From assembly GCA_963839885.1 (NCBI GenBank), contig CAWIWZ010000007.1, positions 23,437-87,436 of the forward strand: a stretch of DNA of 64,000 nucleotides, given 5' to 3'. A program made the translations under genes and the position numbers. Source of the stretch: an uncultured Gammaproteobacteria bacterium. Its GTDB lineage: Bacteria > Pseudomonadota > Gammaproteobacteria > Steroidobacterales > Steroidobacteraceae. Positions 11,099-21,248 of the stretch are shown here, piece by piece (the first letter of the stretch is position 1; the number at the start of each line of letters is the position of its first letter). The notes beneath the pieces were generated by a model. That model was not told where the DNA came from. It saw nothing but the letters and a program-made list of their open reading frames with translations, and made no database searches.

Positions 11099-13063
11099 TC
11101 AATTCAGCACGTAGAATTCCGGCGGAAGAACCGAGAGCGGGCGCTCGCGCAGCGGCTCGGTGATGCCGCTCGACCATCGACGCGTGTAGACCTGCAGGCG
11201 GACTTCATCGAAGTCCTCGCCTTTCGCGCCCTCGAGACGGAGCCCTGCGACCGCTCGATTAGACACGCGCCATTCGACCGAAGCCGCCAGCCTCGCGCCC
11301 AGCCCTTCGCGCGAATCGCCCGGATAACGAGGGTCGCCACTCACCGCCTGTAGCACGGCGTCATTCGGGAAGAACTCGCTCGAGTATTCGCGCACGACCT
11401 GCCAGGCGACGACGCCTTCGAGCCGGAAGGTCGTCGTCTCGCGTCCGCCGCGCAGGTCGAAAGTCGGTCCGGCCGACAGGTACTTGCGCGGACTGAAATA
11501 GCCGCCGTGGCCGACAGTGAAATGCGACCGGTTGTCGTCAAAGCCAAAAGCTTTCAGGTTGGCGCCGAGACGCGCGTTCCAGCGTTCCCCGTGCATCGAG
11601 CGCTTCCAGAACCCGGCCTCGGCTTCCCAAACCGAATTGTCGTCGACGCGATGGCCGTCGACGACGGAGCCCGACAGCTTGCCGTAGACCGCCAGATCCT
11701 CGCCGCCGAAGTTGCCGCCCAGATAGGCGCCGTTGCGCGTCGCCGCGCCCCACGCGCGTCCTGTCAGCGGATCGCTCGCGCCGCTGAACGACAACAGCGA
11801 ATCGCGGACCGCTGCTCGCTCGACCCCGAAAGTCCACGGACCCTCCGCGGTCGCGACCCGGAAACGCAACGCGCCCGTGAGGTTGCTGATCTCGAACGAT
11901 GTCGGGGTGTTGCCCACTTCAACCAGGAAATGGGTGGTGGGCGCCCACTGCGCGAGCGCGGCGATGCCACGATCCGTCGGAGGATCGATGCGGGTCGGAA
12001 GGGCAGCGGCCGTGCCATAAGGCTCGCCGAGCGGAATGTCGTCCGAATCCACTGCAAGCGCGTCTACAGCGATGCGGAATCGGCCGAAGCTCGAATTGCT
12101 GCCGGTCCAGGCGAGCTGCACCTGCGGGGATTCGAGTCGATCATGCGAGGTCCGGCCGTCCCGCCATCGGCCGTCAAGCGTCACGTCGAAATGTGGAACC
12201 CAGTTGCGTTCGATCGCCTGCAATCCCGCATCGCCGGCGAGGCGTTCCGGCGCAAAGTCGCGAGCGACCTGCAGCGCATCGTGCGGCCGGTTCTGCACGA
12301 GCAGCGTGTCCACCAGTTCACTGGCAGCGCCGGGCGCGCTGCGATCGACGCTGAGCAGCTCGCGCAGCGCGCGTTCCCGCGCCGGGGCGTCGCCCCGCAG
12401 CGCAGCGAGATCCGCGCGCGCGCGCAGCGTCGCCGGATGATGCGGGCGCAGTTCATCGAGTACCGAATACGCCCGGCCAGCCGCATTGGCATCGCGGAGA
12501 TCGCGAGCCGTGCTGAACTCGTGCAGCACGACCTGGAAGCGCGTTTCACGTTCCAGCTCGGCAAGCGGCGGTTCGAGCTTGCCGGAGCCACGGGCAGCGA
12601 CGAAATAGACGAGCGCCTGGCGCGAGTGGCCGCGTCGGACGGAGACGATGGCGAGCCCCGCTTGCGCCTGAGGATGGCTTTGCGTGCTCGCCGGCACCTG
12701 GCTGAAATGCAGTGCCGCGAGCGGATCGACGCCGAGATCGAGGCAGAGATAGCCGAGCGCCGTGTCGAGTCGCGCGCGATCTTCGGCCGGCAACGCCTGC
12801 ATTGCCTCCGGGTCCTGCAGCGCCGGCAATGCGGCGCGCGCGGCGTCCGGGTCGATCGCGGCGAGCGCGCGTACCCCGGCGTAGCGCAACCACGGATCGC
12901 GATGATCGAGTGCTTGGGCCTTTTTGGCTGCTTCCAGCGAGCCGCGATAGTCGCCGCTCGCGTACAAGGCATCGGATTGCGCGCGCAGCGCCGCGACGTC
13001 GTCCGGGTTTCCGGGCGGCGCAGCGAACGCCAGGGTCGCGATCAACGCGACGGTCAGAACCAT
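11099..13063 (-). CDS. Outer-membrane protein with N-terminal TPR region and a BcsC-type C-terminal beta-barrel (cellulose synthase subunit C-like).
   Basis: Intact 654-aa ORF. Signal peptide MVLTVALIATLAFA, TPR-like N half, and C-terminal GHGGYFSPRKYLSAGPTFDLRG, which resembles the E. coli BcsC C-terminal motif GQGGYFSPQQY (from memory). AAGGGGA RBS. Confidence 0.55.
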   Translation of the reverse strand: MVLTVALIATLAFAAPPGNPDDVAALRAQSDALYASGDYRGSLEAAKKAQALDHRDPWLRYAGVRALAAIDPDAARAALPALQDPEAMQALPAEDRARLDTALGYLCLDLGVDPLAALHFSQVPASTQSHPQAQAGLAIVSVRRGHSRQALVYFVAARGSGKLEPPLAELERETRFQVVLHEFSTARDLRDANAAGRAYSVLDELRPHHPATLRARADLAALRGDAPARERALRELLSVDRSAPGAASELVDTLLVQNRPHDALQVARDFAPERLAGDAGLQAIERNWVPHFDVTLDGRWRDGRTSHDRLESPQVQLAWTGSNSSFGRFRIAVDALAVDSDDIPLGEPYGTAAALPTRIDPPTDRGIAALAQWAPTTHFLVEVGNTPTSFEISNLTGALRFRVATAEGPWTFGVERAAVRDSLLSFSGASDPLTGRAWGAATRNGAYLGGNFGGEDLAVYGKLSGSVVDGHRVDDNSVWEAEAGFWKRSMHGERWNARLGANLKAFGFDDNRSHFTVGHGGYFSPRKYLSAGPTFDLRGGRETTTFRLEGVVAWQVVREYSSEFFPNDAVLQAVSGDPRYPGDSREGLGARLAASVEWRVSNRAVAGLRLEGAKGEDFDEVRLQVYTRRWSSGITEPLRERPLSVLPPEFYVLN

Positions 13064-13211
13064 GCGGCAGTCCCCTTAGTGCAGCCGCGGTCGAATCCAT
13101 GCACGCGCACGGGCGTTCGCCATCATAGCGAGTTTTCGGGTCTTCCTCACGTGTGATATTTGATGAGAAGGTAAGCTTTAGTTATTGATTTAACTTATAA
13201 AAAATAATAGC

Positions 13212-14123
13212 GTGCTGCCGGTGCCAAGCCCCGTCATTTACGCGGTCGTCGTGCTGATCTGGGGCACGACCTGGTATGCGATCAAGTTCCAGCTCGGCGT
13301 CGTCGCACCGGAAATCTCGCTGGTGTATCGCTTCGGCCTCGCGGCGATCTGCGTATTCGTCTACGCGGGCTTTGCAGGCAGCAGCCTGCGGCTGTCATGG
13401 CGCGATCACTGCTTCGTTGCGCTGCAAGGGCTGACGCTCTTCTGCCTGAATTACTGGATGACGTACCAATCGACGCAGTATCTGACGAGCGGTCTCGTCG
13501 CGGTGCTCTTCACGTCGATCATCCTGTTCAATCTGATCAATGCGCGCCTCTTCTTCGGCGTGCCGGTGGAAAGCCGCGTGCTGTTCGCAGCGGCGACCGG
13601 CATGGTGGGCGTTGCATTGCTGTTCCTGCCGGAGCTGCGTTCGGCCATGGGAAACCACGCGGTGATCAATGGTGCGTTGCTCGCGCTCAGTGCGACCTAT
13701 GTCGCCTCGCTCGGCAACATGGCGGCGATGCGAAACACCCGGGGCCGGCTGCCTGTCGTGACCGTCAACGCCTACGGCATGGCCTACGGCACGGTCGGAC
13801 TGATGGTAATTGCGCTGTTGCGCGGCACGCCGCTCGCGTTCGATCCGTCCTGGCCCTACGTCACCTCGCTGCTGTACCTGTCGCTGTTCGGGACGGCGCT
13901 CGCGTTCGGACTGTATCTGGCGCTGCTGCAGCGCATCGGCGCCGCGCGTGCGGCCTACACGAGCGTCTTGTTTCCGGTCGTCGCACTCGCCGTTTCAACG
14001 CTCTTCGAGGATTATCACTGGAGCGTTCCTGCGTTCATCGGGCTTGCGGTGCTCGTCGCAGGCAATGCCCTTGCGCTCGGCGGGCGCACGGGCCACGCAC
14101 GCGGCGTCAGCAGCAACGATTGA
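13212..14123 (+). CDS. EamA/DMT-family transporter (10 predicted TM helices).
   Basis: Intact 303-aa hydrophobic ORF with two EamA-like halves (VVLIWGTTWYAIK, TSVLFPVVALAVSTLF). GTG start directly after the AT-rich tract, so the start is uncertain. Confidence 0.75.
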   Translation: MLPVPSPVIYAVVVLIWGTTWYAIKFQLGVVAPEISLVYRFGLAAICVFVYAGFAGSSLRLSWRDHCFVALQGLTLFCLNYWMTYQSTQYLTSGLVAVLFTSIILFNLINARLFFGVPVESRVLFAAATGMVGVALLFLPELRSAMGNHAVINGALLALSATYVASLGNMAAMRNTRGRLPVVTVNAYGMAYGTVGLMVIALLRGTPLAFDPSWPYVTSLLYLSLFGTALAFGLYLALLQRIGAARAAYTSVLFPVVALAVSTLFEDYHWSVPAFIGLAVLVAGNALALGGRTGHARGVSSND

Positions 14124-14295
14124 TCTGCGACCAGCGACGGTCGAGTTCCGCGCGATGAAATTCGGCCCGCGCGGGCGGCGCCACGGCAGGGTGCCGTCGC
14201 CGCAGGTGATCGACATAGCGCTCGTACGCGTCGTCGCCGAGGAGGGCGCGAAAAGCGGCCCAGACGCGGCGACCTATGCGCGCCAGCGACTTCAT
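14107..14295 (-). CDS. ybdD: YbdD/YjiX-family small protein (CstA-associated).
   Basis: 62 aa: MKSLARIGRRVWAAFRALLGDDAYERYVDHLRRRHPAVAPPARAEFHRAELDRRWSQINRCC, with the family-typical C-terminal RCC. Its ATG overlaps the cstA stop (ATGTGA). Confidence 0.8.
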   Translation of the reverse strand: MKSLARIGRRVWAAFRALLGDDAYERYVDHLRRRHPAVAPPARAEFHRAELDRRWSQINRCC

Positions 14296-16349
14296 GTGAG
14301 CTGGGTCGCCACGTAGGGCGACTCGCTGCTGGCCGCGGTCCGGCGTCCCGACAGGTGCTGCCAGCAGCGTAGCAGCATGTCGAGTACCACGACCCAGACG
14401 ATCAGCAGGAAAAATACCGTCAGCCATCCATCGAGCTGCTGATTGAAGATCAGTTGAGGCGCGACCGCCGCGCGATCCGCGGGCAGGACGCCGGCCGCGA
14501 GCTTGTCGGCGAGATCCCGCGCGGCCGCAAAGAACCCGATCCTGACGTCGTCGCTGAAGATCTTCTGCAGCGCTGCGGTCGAGGTGACGATCACCAGCCA
14601 GGCCAGCGGTAGCCCGGGCACCCACGCTTGGCGCTGCCGGCCGGAACGCACGAAGATGGCCGTCACGACCGAAAGCGCAATCGCGGCAAGCATTTGGTTG
14701 GCGATGCCGAAGAGTGGCCAGAGGATGTTGATGCCGCCGTTCGGATCGATGACGCCGATGTAGAGGAAGTAACCCCAGCCAGCCACAACCAGCACGCTCG
14801 AGAGCAGCACGGAGGGATACCAGGACGTCCGGCCGATCGGCGCCCAGATCGACCCGAGCACGTCCTGCATGATGAAGCGTCCGACACGGGTGCCGGCATC
14901 GAGCGTCGTCAGGATGAAGATCGCTTCGAACATGATCGCGAAGTGATACCAAAGTGCGAAAAGGCCCTGGCCGAATGCGCTGCCGAAGATGCTAGCCATC
15001 CCGACCGCGAGCGAAGGGGCGCCGCCGGTGCGCGCGAACAAAGTCTGCTCGCCCATGCTGTGCGCCAGCGACTGCATGTCGACCGCGTTGACTGGGAAGC
15101 CCCAGCTCGTGATGGTCGCGGTCGCGGTGGCCGCGTCAGCGCCCACGACGCCAGCGGCCGAGTTGATTGCAAAGTAGATGCCGGGATCGAGCACGCAGGC
15201 CGCAATCATCGCCATGATCGCGACGAACGATTCGAGCGCCATCGATCCATAGCCGACCATGCGGACGTCGGTTTCGCGCGCGATGAGCTTAGGCGTGGTG
15301 CCGGAGGAAATCAGCGCGTGAAAGCCGGAAACGGCGCCGCAGGCGAGCGTAATGAACAGAAACGGAAACAGCTTGCCGCTGAAGATCGGACCGGTCCCGT
15401 CGATGAAACGCGTGAACGCCGGCATCCTTATCTCGGGCTGCAGCGCGCAAATCGCGATTGCCAGCAGGAAAATCGTGCCGAGCTTGACGAAGGTGGACAG
15501 GTAGTCGCGCGGCGCGAGCAGCAGCCACACCGGCAGGATCGCGGCGAAGAATCCGTAGCCGATCACGAACCAGGCAAGCGCGCGTCCGTCGAGGTCGAAC
15601 CATTCACGCCACACCGGGTGTTGATCCACCCAGCCACCTGCCGCGACGGACAGCAGCAGCAGTGCGACGCCGATTGCGGTCGCTTCGAGCACGCGGCCCG
15701 GCCGCACCATCCGAAGATACACGCCGACGACCAGCGCGATCGGAATCGTCGCGAATACGGTGGCTGTGGACCACGGGCTGTGCGCCATGGCCTTGACGAC
15801 GACGAGCGACAGCACAGCGATCAGGATGATCATGATGAAGAGCGTGCCGATGAGCGCCGCCGTGCCGCCGAGACGGCCGAGTTCGTCGCGCGCCATCTGG
15901 CCGAGGCTGCGCCCGTCGCGGCGCATCGAGCAGAACATGACGAGCATGTCCTGCACGCAGCCGGCCAGCACCGCGCCGACCAGCAGCCAAAGCGTGCCCG
16001 GCAGATAGCCGAATTGGGCGGCGAGAGTCGGGCCGATCAGGGGCCCCGCACCCGCGATGGCCGCGAAGTGATGCCCGAACACGATCGAGCGGTGAGTCGG
16101 CATGAAGTCGCGCCCGTTTTCGAGGCGTTCCGCGGGCGTCGCTCGCGTGGCATCGAGCGCGAGCACACGTGTCGCGATCCAGCGGCTGTAGAAGCGGTAG
16201 CCGATAAGGTAGACGCAGACCGCCGCGACCACGAACCATAGCGCGTTGATGCTTTCGCCGCGATTCAGGGCGATGCCGCCAAGGGCGCCGGCACCGGCAA
16301 CGGCGACCGCAGTCCAGGTTCCGACTTCGATCAGCTTCTTTGTTGCCAT
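14292..16349 (-). CDS. cstA: Carbon starvation protein A (peptide/pyruvate transporter family).
   Basis: Intact 685-aa polytopic ORF: FVVAAVCVYLIGYRFYSRWI, THRSIVFGHHFAAIAGAGPLIGP, CSMRRDGRSLG. Confidence 0.92.
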   Translation of the reverse strand: MATKKLIEVGTWTAVAVAGAGALGGIALNRGESINALWFVVAAVCVYLIGYRFYSRWIATRVLALDATRATPAERLENGRDFMPTHRSIVFGHHFAAIAGAGPLIGPTLAAQFGYLPGTLWLLVGAVLAGCVQDMLVMFCSMRRDGRSLGQMARDELGRLGGTAALIGTLFIMIILIAVLSLVVVKAMAHSPWSTATVFATIPIALVVGVYLRMVRPGRVLEATAIGVALLLLSVAAGGWVDQHPVWREWFDLDGRALAWFVIGYGFFAAILPVWLLLAPRDYLSTFVKLGTIFLLAIAICALQPEIRMPAFTRFIDGTGPIFSGKLFPFLFITLACGAVSGFHALISSGTTPKLIARETDVRMVGYGSMALESFVAIMAMIAACVLDPGIYFAINSAAGVVGADAATATATITSWGFPVNAVDMQSLAHSMGEQTLFARTGGAPSLAVGMASIFGSAFGQGLFALWYHFAIMFEAIFILTTLDAGTRVGRFIMQDVLGSIWAPIGRTSWYPSVLLSSVLVVAGWGYFLYIGVIDPNGGINILWPLFGIANQMLAAIALSVVTAIFVRSGRQRQAWVPGLPLAWLVIVTSTAALQKIFSDDVRIGFFAAARDLADKLAAGVLPADRAAVAPQLIFNQQLDGWLTVFFLLIVWVVVLDMLLRCWQHLSGRRTAASSESPYVATQLT

Positions 16350-16515
16350 CAGCGGGAGCGGCTCCGCGAGTCTGGCGAAAACCGTAAGTGCCTGTTTCCT
16401 CAGTGTTGCAGGCGAGCGCGTCGTTTGTCCAGATGCGTGCCTAGCTCAAGGCAGGGGCCAAACGCCTCGACGTGACGATGGCGAAGGATGTGCGGATGAC
16501 GACGCGGGAGCGCGC

Positions 16516-17064
16516 CTACGCCTCGCCGATCTGGTACGCGCCGGCCGGATCACCGCGTCCGACCGCGGAACGACTTTTGCCGATTGCATCCAAGTGTTCT
16601 TGCAACTTGATGCGGTCGAGCGAACGAATTGGCAGGCTTGTGAAGATTTTGACGCGGCTATCGAGTTCACTGAACGCTGCGCGAAATGCGTGCCATTGCT
16701 CTTTCTCCGAACCTTGAACCGCGGCGGGATCAGCGATTCCCCAATGCGCGGTCATCGGTTGGCCCGGCCAAACAGGACAAACCTCGCCGGCCGCGGTGTC
16801 GCATACTGTGAATACGAAATCGAGTCGCGGTGCATCTGGCGTGGCAAATTCATCCCAGCTTTTGCTGCGCACGTCTTTTGCGGAAAGTTTCATGTTTTCC
16901 AACAATTTGAGCGTGAGCGGATGAACTGAACCGTTGGGGTCGCTGCCGGCGCTGAATCCAATGAATCGACCGCGACCCCAGTGATTCAAGAGGCATTCGG
17001 CGAGAATACTGCGCGCTGAATTGCCTGCGCAAAGAAAGAGGACATTGAAAACTGGTTCGCTCAT
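16516..17064 (-). CDS. arsC: Arsenate reductase, low-molecular-weight phosphatase type.
   Basis: NVLFLCAGNSARSILAE (CX5R P-loop), FSAGSDP and FTVCD motifs. No arsR/arsB nearby. Confidence 0.85.
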   Translation of the reverse strand: MSEPVFNVLFLCAGNSARSILAECLLNHWGRGRFIGFSAGSDPNGSVHPLTLKLLENMKLSAKDVRSKSWDEFATPDAPRLDFVFTVCDTAAGEVCPVWPGQPMTAHWGIADPAAVQGSEKEQWHAFRAAFSELDSRVKIFTSLPIRSLDRIKLQEHLDAIGKSRSAVGRGDPAGAYQIGEA

Positions 17065-17233
17065 GCGCTTACTCCGCGTGATCCACGGAACCTACGCCCG
17101 AACTATTTCAGATTCGTGACACGAAGAAGGCCCGCCGTCGGAGCAATCCCACACAATCGTGCGGTCGAGCCACCTTTTGGTATCGTTCTCAAGGCATTAC
17201 CTTTAGCGAAATTCCAGTTGATGGAGAAGTACT

Positions 17234-17734
17234 ATGTCCGGCCACAAACTGATCAACTGTCTTTGGTTTGAGAAGGGCGAGGCCCGCAAGGCAGCGGAAT
17301 TTTATGCTGCAACCTTTCCGGACAGCAGCGTCGGCACGGCGCACGAGGCGGCGTCCGATTTTCCCGGAGGCCAGCAAGGCGACGAGCTGACGGTAGAATT
17401 CACCGTCCTCGGCCGCTCATTCCTTGGCCTCAACGGCGGCCCCGACTTCAAGCCCAATGAAGCTATCAGCTTCCAGGTTCTTACCGATGATCAGACGGAG
17501 ACCGATCGCTACTGGAACGCCATCACGCGCAATGGCGGCGCGGAGAGCGCGTGCGGCTGGTGCAAGGACAAGTGGGGCTTTTCCTGGCAGATCACCCCGC
17601 GTGCCCTGATCGATGCGGTGAACAGTCGAGACAAGGCGGCCGCCAAGCGCGCAATGGACGAAATGATGAAGATGAGGAAAATCGACATCGCGGCTATCGA
17701 GCGCGCGGCAGCCGGCGCGAAATCGGCGGCGTGA
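17234..17734 (+). CDS. VOC/glyoxalase-superfamily protein (PhnB / 3-demethylubiquinone-9 3-methyltransferase-domain-like).
   Basis: 166-aa ORF: INCLWFEKGEARKAAEFYAATFPDS, FLGLNGGP, CGWCKDKWGFSWQI. Typical of this family (from memory). Confidence 0.65.
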   Translation: MSGHKLINCLWFEKGEARKAAEFYAATFPDSSVGTAHEAASDFPGGQQGDELTVEFTVLGRSFLGLNGGPDFKPNEAISFQVLTDDQTETDRYWNAITRNGGAESACGWCKDKWGFSWQITPRALIDAVNSRDKAAAKRAMDEMMKMRKIDIAAIERAAAGAKSAA

Positions 17735-17801
17735 ATCCAGGCGGGCAAAACGCGGTGCCCGCAAGCAGGGGCTGCCGCTTGGCGCAGCCTGATTGATTGG
17801 A

Positions 17802-17877
17802 TGGCTCCCCGAGTTGGACTCGAACCAACGACCCACGGATTAACAGTCCGTTGCTCTACCGACTGAGCTATCGGGGA
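17802..17877 (-). tRNA. tRNA-Asn (anticodon GTT), CCA encoded.
   Basis: Reverse complement: TCCCCGATAGCTCAGTCGGTAGAGCAACGGACTGTTAATCCGTGGGTCGTTGGTTCGAGTCCAACTCGGGGAGCCA. It folds as a cloverleaf with anticodon loop CTGTTAA. Confidence 0.9.
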
Positions 17878-17958
17878 AGCGGCTTTTAGGGCGCGGGATT
17901 GTCGGCCAAGGTCGCGGCCAAGTCAACAAACTGCAAGGGATTTCCGCCAGCGAAGCGC

Positions 17959-19165
17959 TTATGCGCGCATTTGCGCTTTCGCACCGGACAACGCGCGCTG
18001 CATACGGCCGAGCGCGTCCTTCAGCGTGTCGCTCGAAGCGGCAAACGAGAGACGGAAATGCCCCGGGGCCCCGAAGGCGGAACCCGGGACGACGGCAACG
18101 CCCGCCTCGTTGATCAGGAATTCCGCGAATGCGTTGTCGTCCGCCGCGCCGACCAGGCGCATGGCCTGCTCGACATTCGCAAAGGCATAAAACGTGCCCC
18201 AGCCGGGCACACAGCGCACGCCCGGCAGGGCATTTAGCCCCTCGACCACGAGATCGTGGCGCGCCTTGAACGCGACATTCATTTCCCGCACGCAGTCCTG
18301 GGGCGCATTGAGTGCAACCGTCGCGGCCTTCTGCGAAATCGATGACGCGTTCGACGTACTCTGACCCTGGATCGTCGCCATCGCCCCGACGAGCTCGGCG
18401 GGACCACCGCAGTAGCCGATACGCCAGCCCGTCATCGCATAGCTCTTCGAGCAGCCATTGATCGTGACAGTCCGGTCATAGAGGGCGGGATTCGCCGTTG
18501 CGAAACTCGTGAACGGCTCCGGTCCCCACCAGATGTGCTCGTACATGTCGTCCGTGCCGATGACGATGTCCGGATGCTTCGCGAGGACTCTGCCGAATGC
18601 CTCGAGTTCCGCGCGCGAGTAGGCGGCACCCGTCGGGTTGCTCGGGCTGTTCAATATGAAAAGGCGGGTCCGGCGCGTGATCGCGGCTTCGAGCTGGGCC
18701 GGCGTGATTTTGAATCCGGATTCCATGCCCGCATCCACGGCCACCGGGGTGCCGTCAGCGACCAGCACCATATCCGGGTATGAGACCCAGTAGGGCGCCG
18801 GGATGATCGCCTCGTCGCCCGCGTCCAGGAGCGCGCAGCAGAGATTGAACACCGTCTGCTTGGCGCCGCTGGAGACCAGGATCTGGTTGCGCGCGTATTC
18901 GAGCCCATTGTCGCGTCGGAACTTGCCGATGATCGCATCCTTGAGCTCGTTGGTGCCGTCCACGTTGGTGTAGCGAGTGTGACCCGAGCGGATCGCGGCG
19001 ACGCCCGCATCGGCGATGTGCACCGGCGTGTCGAAGTCCGGCTCGCCGGCCCCGAGCCCGATGATGTCCTTGCCCTCGGCTTTCAGCCGTGCCGCGCGGG
19101 CTGTCACCGCGAGCGTGGGCGAGGGCTTGATGCGCTGAACACGTTTGGCGAGGCGGATTGTCACA
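17959..19165 (-). CDS. PLP-dependent aspartate/aromatic aminotransferase (class I).
   Basis: [58 protein letters not shown]. The ORF extends to 19251, but a GTG at 19163-19165 (VTIRLAKRV) gives a normal N-terminus. Start is uncertain. Confidence 0.85.
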
Positions 19166-19237
19166 AGGGAGTACCTTGCCGGTAAGAACCCGGCTAAGGT
19201 ACGGGAAGGCATTTTGCGTTGCAATGCGGGCCAAACG

Positions 19238-21247
19238 GTGAGCGATCCCAAGCCATTCGATCTGCAGTCGCCCTACACGCCGGCGGGCGACCAGCCCGCC
19301 GCTATCGCCGCCATGGTGGATGGCATCGAGTCGGGCCTCGCGCACCAGACGCTGCTCGGCGTGACCGGATCGGGCAAGACGTTCTCGATCGCGAATGTGA
19401 TCCAGACGATCCAGCGCCCGACGCTCGTGCTCGCGCACAACAAGACGCTCGCCGCTCAGCTCTATGGCGAGTTCAAGACCTATTTTCCGCACAACTCGGT
19501 CGAGTATTTCGTTTCCTATTACGACTACTACCAGCCGGAAGCCTACGTTCCGTCCTCCGACACCTACATCGAGAAGGACGCCTCGATCAATGAACACATC
19601 GAGCAGATGCGCCTGTCCGCGACCAAGGCGCTGCTCGAGCGATCGGATTCCATCATCGTGGCCACTGTATCCGCGATCTACGGCCTCGGCGATCCGGAGG
19701 CCTATCTCAAGATGGTGCTGCACCTGGTGCGCGGCGATCGCATGGATCACCGTCAGCTGCTGCGCCGGCTCGCGGACATGCAGTACACCCGCAATGACGT
19801 GGACTTGCGGCAGGGCACGTTCCGCGTGCGCGGTGATGTCGTCGACATCTTCCCGGCGGAGTCCGAGCGCGATGCCGTGCGCGTGCAGTTCTTCGACGAG
19901 GAAGTGGAGTCGCTTGCGTATTTCGATCCGCTGACCGGCGAGGTGCTTCGGAAGGTCCCGCGCCTGACGGTGTTCCCGTCCACGCACTACGTGACGCCGC
20001 GGGAACGGATCACGGGCGCGATCGACGAAATCAAGGTCGAACTCAGGTCGCGACTCGCGGAACTGCGCGCTGCGAACAAGTTGCTGGAGGCCCAGCGACT
20101 CGAGCAGCGCACGCAGTTCGACCTCGAGATGATGAATGAGCTCGGCTACTGCTCCGGCATCGAGAACTACTCGCGCTACCTTTCGGGGCGCGCGCCGGGA
20201 GAGCCGCCGCCTTGCCTGTTCGATTACCTGCCGCGCAATTCGTTGCTGGTGATCGACGAAAGTCACGTGACGATCCCACAGCTCCAGGGCATGTACCGCG
20301 GCGACCGCTCGCGCAAGGAGACGCTGGTCGAGTACGGCTTCCGTTTACCTTCTGCGCTCGACAATCGGCCGCTGCGATTCGATGAATTCGAGCAGGTACA
20401 GCCTCAGACCATTTATGTCTCGGCGACACCGGCAGAGCGGGAATTGGCGAAGTCGGGACAGGTGGTCGAGCAAGTGGCGCGCCCGACTGGTCTCGTGGAC
20501 CCGACCATCGAGGTGCGGCCGGTTGCGACCCAGGTGGACGACCTGCTGTCGGAAATCCGCCTTCGGGTCGCGCGCGAGGAGCGCGTGCTCGTGACGACGT
20601 TGACCAAGCGCATGGCCGAGGACCTGACGGGCTACCTCGACGAGCACGGCGTAAAGGTCCGCTATCTACATTCAGATATCGAGACCGTCGAGCGGGTCGA
20701 GATCATTCGCGACCTGCGGCTCGCAAAATTCGACGTGCTGGTCGGCATCAATCTCTTGCGCGAGGGACTCGACCTGCCGGAAGTTTCCCTGGTCGCGATC
20801 CTGGACGCCGACAAGGAAGGCTTCCTGCGTTCGGAAGGCTCATTGATCCAGACAGTCGGCCGCGCGGCGCGGAATGAACGCGGCTCGGCGATCCTGTACG
20901 CGGACCGGATGACGGGCTCGATGCAGCGGGCGATTGCCGAAATGAATCGCCGGCGCGAGAAGCAACTCGCCTACAACGCGGAGCACGGCATCGTGCCGAC
21001 CTCGATCCGCAAGGCGGTCAAGGACATCATGGAAGGCGCGCGCGCCGTGCCGGCCGGGGAGTGGGTCCGCAGCAAATTCGTGCGGCTCACGCCCGACCAG
21101 GCGCTGCGCCAGATCGCCAAACTCGAGGTGGAGATGTACCGGCTGGCGCGCAACCTGGAGTTCGAGAAAGCCGCGAAGCTGCGTGACGAGATCGCGGCGC
21201 TGCGGCATGCAAGCCTCGGTGCCGATGCGGACCGGCTAGCCGGTTAG
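19238..21247 (+). CDS. uvrB: Excinuclease ABC subunit B.
   Basis: [35 protein letters not shown], and the C-terminal UVR motif [15 protein letters not shown]. The ORF opens at 19145. In-frame GTG 19238 is the likely start. Confidence 0.92.
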   Translation: MSDPKPFDLQSPYTPAGDQPAAIAAMVDGIESGLAHQTLLGVTGSGKTFSIANVIQTIQRPTLVLAHNKTLAAQLYGEFKTYFPHNSVEYFVSYYDYYQPEAYVPSSDTYIEKDASINEHIEQMRLSATKALLERSDSIIVATVSAIYGLGDPEAYLKMVLHLVRGDRMDHRQLLRRLADMQYTRNDVDLRQGTFRVRGDVVDIFPAESERDAVRVQFFDEEVESLAYFDPLTGEVLRKVPRLTVFPSTHYVTPRERITGAIDEIKVELRSRLAELRAANKLLEAQRLEQRTQFDLEMMNELGYCSGIENYSRYLSGRAPGEPPPCLFDYLPRNSLLVIDESHVTIPQLQGMYRGDRSRKETLVEYGFRLPSALDNRPLRFDEFEQVQPQTIYVSATPAERELAKSGQVVEQVARPTGLVDPTIEVRPVATQVDDLLSEIRLRVAREERVLVTTLTKRMAEDLTGYLDEHGVKVRYLHSDIETVERVEIIRDLRLAKFDVLVGINLLREGLDLPEVSLVAILDADKEGFLRSEGSLIQTVGRAARNERGSAILYADRMTGSMQRAIAEMNRRREKQLAYNAEHGIVPTSIRKAVKDIMEGARAVPAGEWVRSKFVRLTPDQALRQIAKLEVEMYRLARNLEFEKAAKLRDEIAALRHASLGADADRLAG

Positions 21248-21248
21248 C

